A DNA stretch of 63,694 nt, counting the filler, from Octopus bimaculoides (lineage: Eukaryota), in NCBI RefSeq assembly GCF_001194135.2. It is 6 parts of 6 records of this genome, joined end to end, with 100 filler letters (N's around TTAATTAATTAA, not from the genome) between each part and the next. Parts side by side here need not be neighbours in the genome. Positions count along the whole stretch, not along the records: positions 27,945 to 58,406 come from NC_068982.1; positions 58,507 to 61,684 come from NC_068981.1; positions 61,785 to 63,694 come from NW_026433393.1; 3 more parts are not named here. One strand, written 5' to 3'. This document shows positions 49,765-62,450 of this stretch, piece after piece. Every line of letters starts with the position of its first letter. Within the stretch, counting starts at the first letter, position 1. The notes under the pieces were generated by a model. It was not told the origin of the DNA. It did no database searches and was given only the letters and a program-made list of their open reading frames with translations. The translations under genes were made by a program, and so were the position numbers.

Positions 49765-50055
49765 AATTACAATAGGAAGAGCTAATATAATTAATATGAG
49801 AAATGAACACCAATTTACACTGCATGATTCTGTATAACTGCAATATGCTTTGGTTGGTAAACAGTGCATATATATATATATATATATATACACTACTGCT
49901 TCCACTACTTACCAACCAAAGCATATTGTACATATTAATATTTGCATTACTATCTCCACTGCTTCCAATCAAAGCATTTTGCAATTATACAGTCATAAAG
50001 TGAAAATTTGTGTTCATCTCTAATATTAATTATATTATTTCTTCCCATTGTAATT
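49765..50055. mobile_element. Foldback / MITE-like element with a partly duplicated arm
   Basis: Arm 49765-49860 pairs with 49965-50055; 49909-49930 is an extra reverse copy of the inner end of the left arm. Confidence 0.75.
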
Positions 50056-51641
50056 ACCGTCTATAACCTTAGTATTTTGTAGAATATATTCCCCGATCCC
50101 TTCTACCAGATAATGCGGCACCATATAACTATTTAACAAAAGAAATATATATATATATATACATATTTAATTGTCCTTAAAATAATTATAGGCAAATAGC
50201 TTTGGTAATGTATAAGTGTGTTATACACATTTGGAGTGTTCAGTACCTATTGTATGATGAAATAGTACAACATAACGTGAACCTGATCCTACAGCACATT
50301 CTGAATTTCCACTCTACTTATGTCAAGCAATGTTCCACCTATCTCTACTTTCTAAAACAAATCTGTGGGACCTGAGACAGATACACACACGCACGAACAC
50401 ATATACGCGCCTACGCGTAAAAAGCACTCTTATATTTGGTGGCATGCATACATGTATGTGTGCACGTATACTTGCGTTTGTGAGGTGTGTGACTTCATGT
50501 GTATTATGAAGAAAAATATATTAGGCAACATTGAGACATTCAGTTAGTCATTCATTTTTCAAATCTATTGCTTTAATCGAACATCGATCTGCTAATATGA
50601 CTGTAGAGATCCGTATACAGACATAGCATATGCATTGAAATATGTTCCAATTTTCATTTTAAACATATAAAGAAGGTTTGTCATTAGACAAACGCGTATG
50701 TTGTCCCATGGAACCAATAATTTTATACGAATGAAATCAATATATCCCAACAGAACTCATACGGTAAATAAATTATTCCTGGTGGTATAATTGTCTCTAA
50801 AATGTAAAATAAAAAGTGAAAAGCATAATTCTTAATTGATATTGATTTCTAATTGCATTTGAAAGATATTAATATATAATAGAAAGAAGTGCACAACGAA
50901 TTAAATAAAATAATCCCTTAGTAAACATATTAGATAGAAAGTAAATTATATATATTTTTAGGAAGACTGTTACAAGAATTCTTAAAATTGTCATTTCCCT
51001 AGATCTTAAGGTTGCACTTGACTGTCAAGTGTGTGAGCGGATATTTCGATAATATGATGTCAATATGAATTTCTACTTTCTGGTTGTTTCTTTGTTTTGA
51101 AGACAAATAAGAATAATGTATATAAAAAAAATATGCATTTTATAGAAAAGAGATAATTAGGTGAATTGGATTCTTAAGAAACAGATAAAAAGTTTATAAT
51201 AAATGTTAAATATATTTAGCTTAACGGTATATTTATCATTCAGTTCATACATTCATAGCTTTCAAAATCTATAAAAACGCAAGGCACATACACAAATTGT
51301 GCGTGCACACACATGCCCGTACGCAAATTTTCGCATTTCTTCCTAGCTCTGTATACATACATACATACATACATACATACATACATACATACATGCATAC
51401 ATATATACATACATGCATACATGCATACATAAATACATACNNNNNNNNNNNNNNNNNNNNNNNNNNNNNNNNNNNNNNNNNNNNNNNNNNNNNNNNNNNN
51501 NNNNNNNNNNNNNNNNNNNNNNNNNNNNNNNNNNNNNNNNNNNNNNNNNNNNNNNNNNNNNNNNNNNNNNNNNNNNNNNNNNNNNNNNNNNNNNNNNNNN
51601 NNNNNNNNNNNNNNNNNNNNNNNNNNNNNNNNNNNNNNNNN

Positions 51642-51673
<32 letters not shown>

Positions 51674-52509
51674 CAGGTTTGTGTGTGTGTGTGCATGTAT
51701 ACAACGTTACTTCATGTTACAGTAGTAGTGAGTTCTGGAAATCTAATTGTAACGCAGGTTTCCGCAAGAGCAAATTAATTTTCGCATTCATTTTGATGAT
51801 ATACAATCGTGATGCGCTCATATGTGTGTTTTTTTTCGAAAACAAAAAAGGCAACACGACCAAATTTATAAATGAATATTAGAATTTCTAAACATATATA
51901 AAACACGTTTTCTTAATAATTTTTCCGGAGACGACATTATGGCATTCTGTATCCTGATTGTTAGAGAAGAATAAAATTTACTTGTAACATAAAATGTAAG
52001 TCGTAAATGAAACTAGCAGATGAATACAAAAAGATGAATTTAGTAAATTATACAGGGGTGACAATAGCATGAATACAAGGCCGATATGGACAAACAAAAC
52101 GCACGGGTAGTGTAATACATTACGAACAGGAATAATTATAAAGCATAAATATGGAGTACAATACAGAAAGGTAAGATTTATTGGGAAAACTTTTTTCACG
52201 TATATATCTCTGTATCTCTGTTTCTCTTCCTCTCTCCCTTTATCTCCCTCCCCCCACTCTCTCTCTCTCTCTCACACACACACATACGAATACATATATC
52301 TATGTATAATACATTTATAATTTAATTTCATGTGAGTAATTATCTCATAACATGTTTTCCAAAGCTCCTCGATGGTTATCGGCTACTAAATGCTAATGCA
52401 CAGAAACAATAATAGCGATTTGGTTTTAAGCCTGTTCGTTCTAGTTCCATATATGTCTGTTTATGTAAAGCATTTATATTTTCGGCCATGTAAAGAAACC
52501 AGCACCAAT

Positions 52510-52545
<36 letters not shown>

Positions 52546-52614
52546 TGCTTACACAGACACAGATACACAGTCACATACACACACATACTGAGCTATATAT
52601 TCCCATGGAACATG

Positions 52615-53540
52615 ACCAAACGAAGTTTATGGTTTATTTTTCAACATGGACACCTTGCGGCCCACACGCTTCGTCCATCGGTGTTGCAGTGCTTGGATCT
52701 AATTGGTGAAGCTTTCATCTCGTTGGTTAAAATAATTTTCAGTAGTAGATATGATATCATAACTACGATAATTTTTTTCCCAGCAAAGTGTTTTTATATT
52801 TTTTATGTTAAGGAATAGATTATAGTCATGGGAATAGGGAGGGTGATCAACCAGCTGAAAGCCACAGACATGCAAGGCAGCTATTAAAACTAAAGACTTG
52901 TGAACTGGAGCAAGACGACTTTCCTTAGTTTTTCCGTTTTGTTTCGATAGCCTTTCATAACTGCCTAAGCAATATGACATAGTTCGCTCCATTGGTGTGG
53001 AACTCGGGTGTTGCGGCTGTATATATTGTCTCTTTCTCTCTGGATCATTGTTATGAAGCCAACACTCATAATGGTTTAGAAAACGTTCAAAGAAACCAGT
53101 TGGATCTGGTTCAAAAAATATCAGATTTTGCTGTGATGCCATCGGCCTGTTGAGATTGTGAATAGGTGTCAGAAGAGGTGGCAGTTGCTGGATGTCCAGT
53201 CTTTGGGTCATCTGCAGGATTCCCCTTCCCTCTTTAATTGAGTTGCTCACATTTGTACTACTGATAAATCTGGATGTCATTTCTTAATGTGGCAACGATG
53301 TCAGCATGAATGTCCTTGAGGGCTAAGCCTTTCTCCTTCAGGTACATAACACCACGAGGTAAAATGTCGTCCTAGTATCGACTTCTTTGGAGAGAGTTCG
53401 CTACTAGTTACTTATGGAGTCTTCTTTGAACAGCGAAATATCAGATAAACATTGAAAAATCAACTTACCTTGAAGGAAACAGTAAGAGGAGCTGAAATTA
53501 ATGCGTGCAAGATTTCACGCCTATTCTCCGACTTATTTCT
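52615..53540 (-). mobile_element. Mariner transposase pseudogene (irritans-like), internally deleted
   Basis: ORF 52699-53280 has APVHKS...GFQLVDHPPYSHD...ENYFNQRDESF, a decayed HPPYSPDL motif. Upstream GVMYLKEKGLALKDIHADIVATL is a mariner N-terminus. The boundaries are approximate. Confidence 0.85.
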
Positions 53541-54034
53541 TAGTCGTTATCCATCTATGTGCTCAATTTCGTAGGATTATATTTTAAAAGTTCCTTTCTA
53601 AATTTAATTATGCTTGTAAGGTTACTACACTGTAAAATCCAAATGAACATGTTAACAATTTTTCAGAAGCCAACGACAGAGAGTGAATCTCAACGTTTGG
53701 CCTACAAACCATCGTAGTGAACTATGTCTCTAATTCTATTCCAATGCCTTGAGGAAGTGCATCGCTAAAAGTGGCCCCAAATCATATTTTACGTCGCAAA
53801 ACTTCGTGTCCATATACATCATTTGTAATCTTTTCGAGGTGAGTGAGATTGATAATTTATAAAGAAACGTGAGGGACGTGGGTGACATCCCTTTGATAAT
53901 GCATTGACTCGATCAAGATTTTCTTACGAACTAAATAGTGTCACTGAAAAGTAACAACAACATAAATCAAATTGCTCGTAGGAAACCCCACTATTTTGAT
54001 CACACCAGTTATGTTTCAGCGCACAGTGATCACT

Positions 54035-54112
<78 letters not shown>

Positions 54113-54145
54113 ATTATACAAAAACGGTGCATTATTTTGACGTTC

Positions 54146-54305
54146 AAAGCGTCGAGATGGCAGATCTGTATCACGTTGAACTAAATTGTTTAGCGGTAAT
54201 TTGTCAGTCGTTTTATTCTGAATTCAAATTCTGCCGTGGTCGACTTTTCTTTTCAAAATTTCGTGTACCAGTTCCCTCCCCTGAAATAGCAGTCCTTGTG
54301 GTCAT
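54146..54305 (+). mobile_element. SINE family A, degenerate and deleted
   Basis: GAGATGGCAGA head and TTCTGAATTCAAATTCTGCCGTGGTCGACTTT core. Confidence 0.7.
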
Positions 54306-55239
54306 ATTATAAAGCAATATATTTTTGATGGTGTTTCATATCAACCATCATCTATGTTTCTCAGCCTCACGTCAACTCTGATTTAGCAGACCAGATTAAA
54401 GGCAATTCAGCTATGATTATCCTATTACGATCTGAATCTGCTTTGCCTAATATTTCCGTTATTTGGTGATACATCGGACTTTTGTACACATTTCCTCGCA
54501 ATTTTCATCAGTCTTGTTGTATTGAACGACGACAAAAATTCGAATGGATGAGTTTATCTACAAATCAATTTTCTAGCTTTCCACACTCTTGAAATATTTT
54601 TTTTTTCCTTCCCATTTGTATCGATAAGATGGTGGGATAACCATTAAAAGGAGAATAATTGATACGTTGACGTGTATTTAGTATTAAATTAATAGCAAAA
54701 GTAGAGAAGCACAACTCGTATCAAAAATATAGGTCAGTTAAATGGATGTGTAGACAGGCATTAAATACAACACTTATTGAAAACTACATAGGTAAGTACA
54801 TTTTTATTGATTCTTTATTGATCTGTTGCCATCGGTAGCTATATGCCAAGCGGGAATGACAGCGTAAAATTAGTAAGCAAAATACAGCATTGTAAAGTTA
54901 GTACAAGCAAGTAATAATATTTAGCATATTAAATGTTATTTCAGTGAATAAAAGCGAAAATTGTTGAAACATTCTGAATTAATTTGTCAGAGTAGGAATT
55001 CATAAGCAAATCTAAGCCAAAATCATACGGTCGAAATGAAGTTGTCATATCTATTCCTTCAAAGCATGATTCAGTCAGCGTTGTATGTGTGTGCGCGAAA
55101 AAAAAAATCGTTCAGCGAAATTTATATATCTGTAGGAAAATTAACAACTTATACAGAGATTGGTATGCGTGTGTGTGCGATGGAGAAAAAGAGACAGAGA
55201 GAAAGAGTAAAATGCAAGGAATGTCTTATAAGATGCTGT

Positions 55240-55240
<1 letters not shown>

Positions 55241-55324
<84 letters not shown>

Positions 55325-55344
55325 GTAATAGTAATAATAATAGT
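55241..55344. repeat. (AAT)n microsatellite
   Basis: Visible run abutting a gap. Confidence 0.95.
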
Positions 55345-58154
55345 NNNNNNNNNNNNNNNNNNNNNNNNNNNNNNNNNNNNNNNNNNNNNNNNNNNNNNNN
55401 NNNNNNNNNNNNNNNNNNNNNNNNNNNNNNNNNNNNNNNNNNNNNNNNNNNNNNNNNNNNNNNNNNNNNNNNNNNNNNNNNNNNNNNNNNNNNNNNNNNN
55501 NNNNNNNNNNNNNNNNNNNNNNNNNNNNNNNNNNNNNNNNNNNNNNNNNNNNNNNNNNNNNNNNNNNNNNNNNNNNNNNNNNNNNNNNNNNNNNNNNNNN
55601 NNNNNNNNNNNNNNNNNNNNNNNNNNNNNNNNNNNNNNNNNNNNNNNNNNNNNNNNNNNNNNNNNNNNNNNNNNNNNNNNNNNNNNNNNNNNNNNNNNNN
55701 NNNNNNNNNNNNNNNNNNNNNNNNNNNNNNNNNNNNNNNNNNNNNNNNNNNNNNNNNNNNNNNNNNNNNNNNNNNNNNNNNNNNNNNNNNNNNNNNNNNN
55801 NNNNNNNNNNNNNNNNNNNNNNNNNNNNNNNNNNNNNNNNNNNNNNNNNNNNNNNNNNNNNNNNNNNNNNNNNNNNNNNNNNNNNNNNNNNNNNNNNNNN
55901 NNNNNNNNNNNNNNNNNNNNNNNNNNNNNNNNNNNNNNNNNNNNNNNNNNNNNNNNNNNNNNNNNNNNNNNNNNNNNNNNNNNNNNNNNNNNNNNNNNNN
56001 NNNNNNNNNNNNNNNNNNNNNNNNNNNNNNNNNNNNNNNNNNNNNNNNNNNNNNNNNNNNNNNNNNNNNNNNNNNNNNNNNNNNNNNGTTTATTAATTAA
56101 CATGAGTATTCCCTGTGATCATAATATAGCGGCGAAAGAATTTGACAAGAGCAGTAAATATAAAGACAGGTCGCAGTCTCAAAGCGACGAGACTATTTTG
56201 GCAAATCAAATTTAAATGTTGAAGTGAATCTAACGGTATTTGTGTTTTTCTTAAATGGCTTGTAAACACCTTCCACGCTGCAATTGTTGAAGTCTAAACA
56301 GGAATCTTTAAAATTATACCAGCAGAATATTATAAAACATTTGAAACTGTTTGAGCATGTATTCTAACCAATTCCAGCACCTGTATTTAAAGACAAAGTT
56401 ATTCGATTTGTCCTGTGGTAACATTCTGTGTCAGTTAGTATTGGTTACCACAAGGAAATAATATTAAGGCATGGAGATCAGTTCAAAGCTTTTATGTACG
56501 TTTTTGGTGTCACAGATAACTCCGAAATTTCCTCGGGCCCATCGATTAATTGAAAATAAGAATTATTATGAACAGTGTTTTTTTTTATATCAATTTCAAG
56601 GATTATTTGCCATCTTACGAACTGTTTGTTATGTATGCCTTTTCTATCTAGTACATAGGATGAGATTTTTCTGAGCTTGCTAGTCTTGCTTCATCAACAC
56701 CCAAGTATTTCTGCATCATTCGTCTTTTCTCTGTTCGTCGCACATTTCGAGTTCTCTTCCTCAGAGTTTTTTTTTTATGTACAACCTCATTGGCATTCCC
56801 TTTAGTGCACTTTCGTATAAGCGTCAGCTTGAAACTATTACACATATACATCATCTCAGCGACTTCGGAGGGCCTGGAAATGTAATAAACATGAATCTTT
56901 CCTACTGATTACAGGACGAAATAAATGAACTTCAAAACAGAAAAAGTAAAGAAAAATACAAGAAACCAAACCGAATTCTATTTAAAAGAATCGAACTTCA
57001 GGTACATACTGAATTCTTCTGACGCTTCTTGTATTCACAACTAGTTCTGATAGGAGAGACTGGCGCAGGATAGTTAACTTTCTTCTGGTATCAAAATATA
57101 ATAAAATAGCATTTTTTTTTGTGAAAAGTAATAACGATTGAAAAGTCTCAACATTGAACTGGAGAGGCCTCGATTCAAAAGAAACATTAAGATTGCTTTA
57201 TTTCTTTTATGTCTCTCTTGCGAAGTAGTCACAAAATGGAAGAGAACCATATGGAAAAAGACCATAAAATAAGTGACTACATTATATAAAGTGACATGCA
57301 CAACATAAATTACTTTCTCTATTGACTTTAGAACATTTAATAATACGCTATGGATTCAAAATGTAGCTAGAATCGCTGATGTGTAATGTTTCTATAAAAA
57401 TTCCTTAAATCATTTCATCATATCCAAGGAATCATTTCAAGTATGTTGCGTATATTATATTCAGAATATAAAAAAAAATGTCTAAGCATCAGTCATGAAT
57501 AAGTGTTAGCTCGTAGAAGATAATGTTTCCATGTACTAGTTTTGTGGACTTAATGCATACTGTCTGTGATCGAGATTATTCAATTTATATCTTTATACCT
57601 CTGTATCCCAGGAGGATAATAGTTCAAAGTGAAAAACTGAGCGTGTAATTTATGATTCCATATAACACTTCCAAACATATGAGGTTTGAACATTTAAGAT
57701 AATTTCAAAACATCAAGAATTCCATTGGGTAGACAAACACATTCGAGGGCAGGAATACGAATATGCACGCACGTACATACACACACGCACATAGACGCGC
57801 GCACGCACACACGCACACACCCACGCACACGCAAACATACACACGTACACAATTCTGTATAGTGAATCACACACTCACAAATAAGTTTGTATGTATCCAT
57901 ATCTATATATAATATTATATTTTCATATGTTTCTGATATCTCACTTCGTTACATCAGTATCTCAGATCAGTACAAACCACATTTATACAAACCACGCAAT
58001 ATTCACATTTCAAACATGTAGGTTAAGATACACCAGTGCATTGCGCATACAGAGGTACATGCTTACATATCCACACAAAAGTAGATACACACATAAATAC
58101 ATACATATACCCGCACCTCCCTCTATCAATCTATCTATCTATCTATCTATCTAT

Positions 58155-58406
58155 CTACGGGATAAGCTCTACAGACATGGCTCGAGAAACACGGGGCCGA
58201 CCTGTCCGAGATGCGGGCAGAGCGACAAAACCGTTCTGCACGCACCCGTACAGTGTCCCACCATTTCCGAGCTGTGGGCTTACGTCGAACAACTGCTATC
58301 GCGTGTGGGACGAGTCGGTCTATCAGCCGAGTCTATCGTGAATATTGTCGCGCCTCCTTCCTTTAAACGGGAAGGAAGAGCTATTTTCATCGTACTTGTG
58401 GCTATG
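58155..58406 (+). mobile_element. Tx1/L1-type LINE ORF2 fragment with CCHC knuckle
   Basis: ORF 57891-58454 contains RDKLYRHG...CPRCGQSDKTVLHAPVQCPTISELW. Confidence 0.8.
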
Positions 58407-58719
58407 NNNNNNNNNNNNNNNNNNNNNNNNNNNNNNNNNNNNNNNNNNNNTTAATTAATTAANNNNNNNNNNNNNNNNNNNNNNNNNNNNNNNNNNNNNN
58501 NNNNNNTATAAGTGTATATATATATATATGTATGTATATATGTATATATATATATGTGTATTTATATATTTATGTATATATATATATATATATATATATT
58601 TATGCATATACATGTATATGTATATTTTTATGTATATATATATGGGTTCTTCTTAAATTATATAAGCTTTTCATGAAAAGTATGAGCTTTTCATAAAAAG
58701 TTTTGATCTGTGCATGTTT

Positions 58720-58815
58720 CATGTTTATCCTGATGAGGGGGAGTCATCGCCGTGATGCTCTTTAGCGTAAATAAACTACGGTGGTGAGCTCCCGAAATGG
58801 CCATAGATATATGTG
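58720..58815 (+). ncRNA. Type I hammerhead ribozyme, intact core, palindromic helix III, extended helix II
   Basis: CATGTTTATC-CTGATGA(58730-58736)-GGGGGAG-TCATCGCCGT-24 nt-ACGGTGGTGA-G-CTCCC-GAAA(58794-58797)-TGGCCA-TA-GATATATGTG. All core nucleotides are present and TATC/GATA closes helix I. Confidence 0.8.
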
Positions 58816-59278
58816 AATGTTGAATTTGACCGGTGATATCTATTTATTATGAACTTTGGACGTACTTGTGTGAGGGAAGTAAAAGACTTTTCCCAATATT
58901 AAAAATAAAATGTTTTTTTAATAAAAAAAAAAAATTTTAATATTTTAAACGTCTGATAAAATCTTTTTAGTCGGTGGACACTTATTTTATTTTAGTTTTA
59001 GTTTTATATTTATTCAATTTATATTTGTTCATTAGGCTTTCTGGTAGTTTTGATTTTTAGTCGTTATATTTAACTTTTGATAAGCCCTTCTATTTGTATT
59101 TTATTAGAATATATATTTTTACCCTCTGTGATTTTATGTATATGTATTATCTTTTTTTTATGTGTTTGTAGACCATGGTGCTTTTTATATATGATTAAAT
59201 GTTTGAGGGGTGGTGTTGTATGTAGAGTCGTTGACCTAAATTTAATGTTTGTTCTATAACCAATGCTTCTTTATCATA

Positions 59279-59361
<83 letters not shown>

Positions 59362-60294
59362 NNNNNNNNNNNNNNNNNNNNNNNNNNNNNNNNNNNNNNN
59401 NNNNNNNNNNNNNNNNNNNNNNNNNNNNNNNNNNNNNNNNNNNNNNNNNNNNNNNNNNNNNNNNNNNNNNNNNNNNNNNNNNNNNNNNNNNNNNNNNNNN
59501 NNNNNNNNNNNNNNNNNNNNNNNNNNNNNNNNNNNNNNNNNNNNNNNNNNNNNNNNNNNNNNNNNNNNNNNNNNNNNNNNNNNNNNNNNNNNNNNNNNNN
59601 NNNNNNNNNNNNNNNNNNNNNNNNNNNNNNNNNNNNNNNNNNNNNNNNNNNNNNNNNNNNNNNNNNNNNNNNNNNNNNNNNNNNNNNNNNNNNNNNNNNN
59701 NNNNNNNNNNNNNNNNNNNNNNNNNNNNNNNNNNNNNNNNNNNNNNNNNNNNNNNNNNNNNNNNNNNNNNNNNNNNNNNNNNNNNNNNNNNNNNNNNNNN
59801 NNNNNNNNNNNNNNNNNNNNNNNNNNNNNNNNNNNNNNNNNNNNNNNNNNNNNNNNNNNNNNNNNNNNNNNNNNNNNNNNNNNNNNNNNNNNNNNNNNNN
59901 NNNNNNNNNNNNNNNNNNNNNNNNNNNNNNNNNNNNNNNNNNNNNNNNNNNNNNNNNNNNNNNNNNNNNNNNNNNNNNNNNNNNNNNNNNNNNNNNNNNN
60001 NNNNNNNNNNNNNNNNNNNNNNNNNNNNNNNNNNNNNNNNNNNNNNNNNNNNNNNNNNNNNNNNNNNNNNNNNNNNNNNNNNNNNNNNNNNNNNNNNNNN
60101 NNNNNNNNNNNNNNNNNNNNNNNNNNNNNNNNNNNNNNNNNNNNNNNNNNNNNNNNNNNNNNNNNNNNNNNNNNNNNNNNNNNNNNNNNNNNNNNNNNNN
60201 NNNNNNNNNNNNNNNNNNNNNNNNNNNNNNNNNNNNNNNNNNNNNNNNNNNNNNNNNNNNNNNNNNNNNNATATATATATATATATATGTACGT

Positions 60295-60476
60295 TGTTAT
60301 GGGGATAATAATGATAATGAAACACCCTTCTCACGTGACGAGTGGTATGTGCTAGTCGTTATAATGTGACGTCGAGAAGTCGGCGTAGTCGGTCACAGAT
60401 AATCGTGTCTTACTTGTCTAACTAATTATACTACTATACCGGAGTGGACTTTATAACAATCCGACGTTGGATTACA
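60295..60476 (+). mobile_element. 5' LTR (182 bp, TG...CA) of a Mag-type Ty3/Gypsy element
   Basis: Begins TGTTATGG and ends GGATTACA. A PBS-like sequence follows at 60481-60492, with gag downstream. Confidence 0.65.
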
Positions 60477-60480
60477 AAAG

Positions 60481-60492
60481 TACCGACGAGGA
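60481..60492 (+). promoter_or_regulatory. Decayed primer-binding site (TACCGACGAGGA versus TGGCGACGAGGA, complementary to the 3' end of tRNA-Ser(GCT))
   Basis: Lies 4 nt after the LTR-terminal CA and matches 10 of 12 positions. Confidence 0.6.
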
Positions 60493-60808
60493 ATTAACAA
60501 ATTCACGAGGAAATAACAAACTTACAAGGACTAAACAAACTCACAATGAGTTACGAAACCCACAAAAGTTTTTTTGCGCGAATTTTACGTTATATAAAAG
60601 CGTAAAATTATAGAAGATCTGTTGGTCGGTTTGCTCGAGTTGCTAAAACAGCAACAACAACAACTGCAAGAACAACAGCAGCAGCTGCAGGAACATCAAC
60701 AACAAAAAAGAACGGCAATTACTACTGCAAGAAGAAGAACATCAATTACTATTACAATAACAAATGCTGCAATTAATGAATAGTAAGTCATCGAAAAATG
60801 TTGAAAAG

Positions 60809-61375
60809 ATGTTCTCGCCAGATTATGTTGCAAACTCAATAACGGAATTTAAGTATGAACCAGACGAAGGAGTTACCTTCGAGGTGTACTAAAGAAGATA
60901 CGAACAGGTCTTTGATAGAGGGTGCAATGATTGGGACGACGATATGAAAACGGGTCTAATCCTAAGGAAACTGGCAGCAGGAGAACATGAGCGTTACAGC
61001 AATTACACACTCCCGAAAAAACCTTTTGGCATAAACTTTAAAAATACAATAGACATATTGTGTAAAAATCTTTAGCGACAAAAGCTCGTTGTTCAATACA
61101 CGCTGGAAATGTTTGAACCTAGAAAAGAACAACGAGGACTTACATAACATAGGCTGGTAGAGTTAACAGAGAATGTGAAAAATTCAAAGGGGACGAGTTG
61201 ACGCCAGATATGATCAAGTGCCTGATATTTACTCAGGGACTAACTGCAGAAAAAGACGCAGAAGTAAGGACAATAATTTTCGCTAAGCTGGAGCAAAACC
61301 AAGCTGTAACCTTAAAACAAGTGTCAGAAGAGTGTGAAAAATAGTAAAATTTAAGACACGACACAGAGAAAATTC
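60809..61375 (+). pseudogene. Ty3/Gypsy gag remnant (K02A2.6/Mag-like)
   Basis: MFSPDYVANSITEFKYEPDEGVTFEVY*RRYEQVF...LRKLAAGEHERYSNYTLPKKP...(frameshift) IFSDKSSLFNTRWKCLNL...IKCLIFTQGL...KLEQ. Confidence 0.85.
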
Positions 61376-61604
61376 ATACACACAAACATACATACACACA
61401 CACACGCATACATACATACAAGTTTTCTTTTTACTTTTCTTTGTCGTTTCACTGGCAACATCCTTTTTTAGGGGACTGGTGTAGAGACAAAACTCTTTTC
61501 TCAGTCTATTTCGTTTTATCGGCCGTGTCTGCATGGCAAAATACAAAAAGAAAAATATTGACAGAATGAAAAAATTCAGTTGATCAGAGGGACGCCTCAT
61601 GTAT

Positions 61605-61656
61605 TAGGGGCCCTGAAGCTTAAGCTTCATTAGTTTTATAGTAGATCCGCTGCTGC
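61605..61656. mobile_element. Possible end of a small hAT-like MITE
   Basis: GGGGCCCTGAAGCTTAAGCTTC palindrome followed by a GTAGATCCGC.GCTG terminus-like sequence; only one end is visible. Confidence 0.3.
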
Positions 61657-62229
61657 TGTCAGGTGACTTTTGGCCAAACCTGTANNNNNNNNNNNNNNNN
61701 NNNNNNNNNNNNNNNNNNNNNNNNNNNNTTAATTAATTAANNNNNNNNNNNNNNNNNNNNNNNNNNNNNNNNNNNNNNNNNNNNGGCTGGCTGGCTGGCT
61801 GGCTGGCTGGCTGGGGTATCGGGGTGGGTTTTCTGCCTCTACGGATGACTGAGTAGTCGAATTGAATAGAAGGATTATATTGAAAGGAAAAACTTACAGC
61901 CACACAGACATACACACGCAGATACAACGCAATAACATACAACGGAAACATCACAAAGACACACAAACACACTTTGTGGCACACACAAACACACTTTGTG
62001 GCACACACACACACATGTGCCGCATACACAGACTCACACAGCAGCCCAGAAGAACATTGGGAAGCTGTTCGGCTTCTAAGACAGTGTTGTTAACAAGGCC
62101 AAGTTTCCGTCCTTCACCGTCTACCGTTCCAACAACAGGAACACAACATTACAGCATAGCATACCACTGACGTTGGCATTCAGCCGGAACGAAACCGTGT
62201 GTGTGGAATTAATTGTGTGCACAATGGAC

Positions 62230-62262
<33 letters not shown>

Positions 62263-62322
62263 GGGGAGGAAAGAGGAAGAGGGAGAGAGAGAGAGAGAGA
62301 AAGAGTATAGTGGCCATATTGA

Positions 62323-62323
62323 A

Positions 62324-62362
<39 letters not shown>

Positions 62363-62372
62363 AATGATGATT

Positions 62373-62420
<48 letters not shown>

Positions 62421-62450
62421 GTAATGGTGGTGGCGATAATGGTGGTGATA
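62323..62450. repeat. (GAT)n microsatellite
   Basis: Visible run abutting a gap. Confidence 0.95.

Noticed and set aside
51978-52199. 73-aa hydrophobic minus-strand ORF (receptor-like?)
   Set aside because: The hydrophobicity follows from the T-rich strand; no GPCR or channel motifs and no good start.
59195-59275. KEALVIEQTLN resembling a GIY-YIG C-terminus near the hammerhead
   Set aside because: Too short, on the opposite strand to the ribozyme and cut by a gap; not enough to call a PLE ORF.
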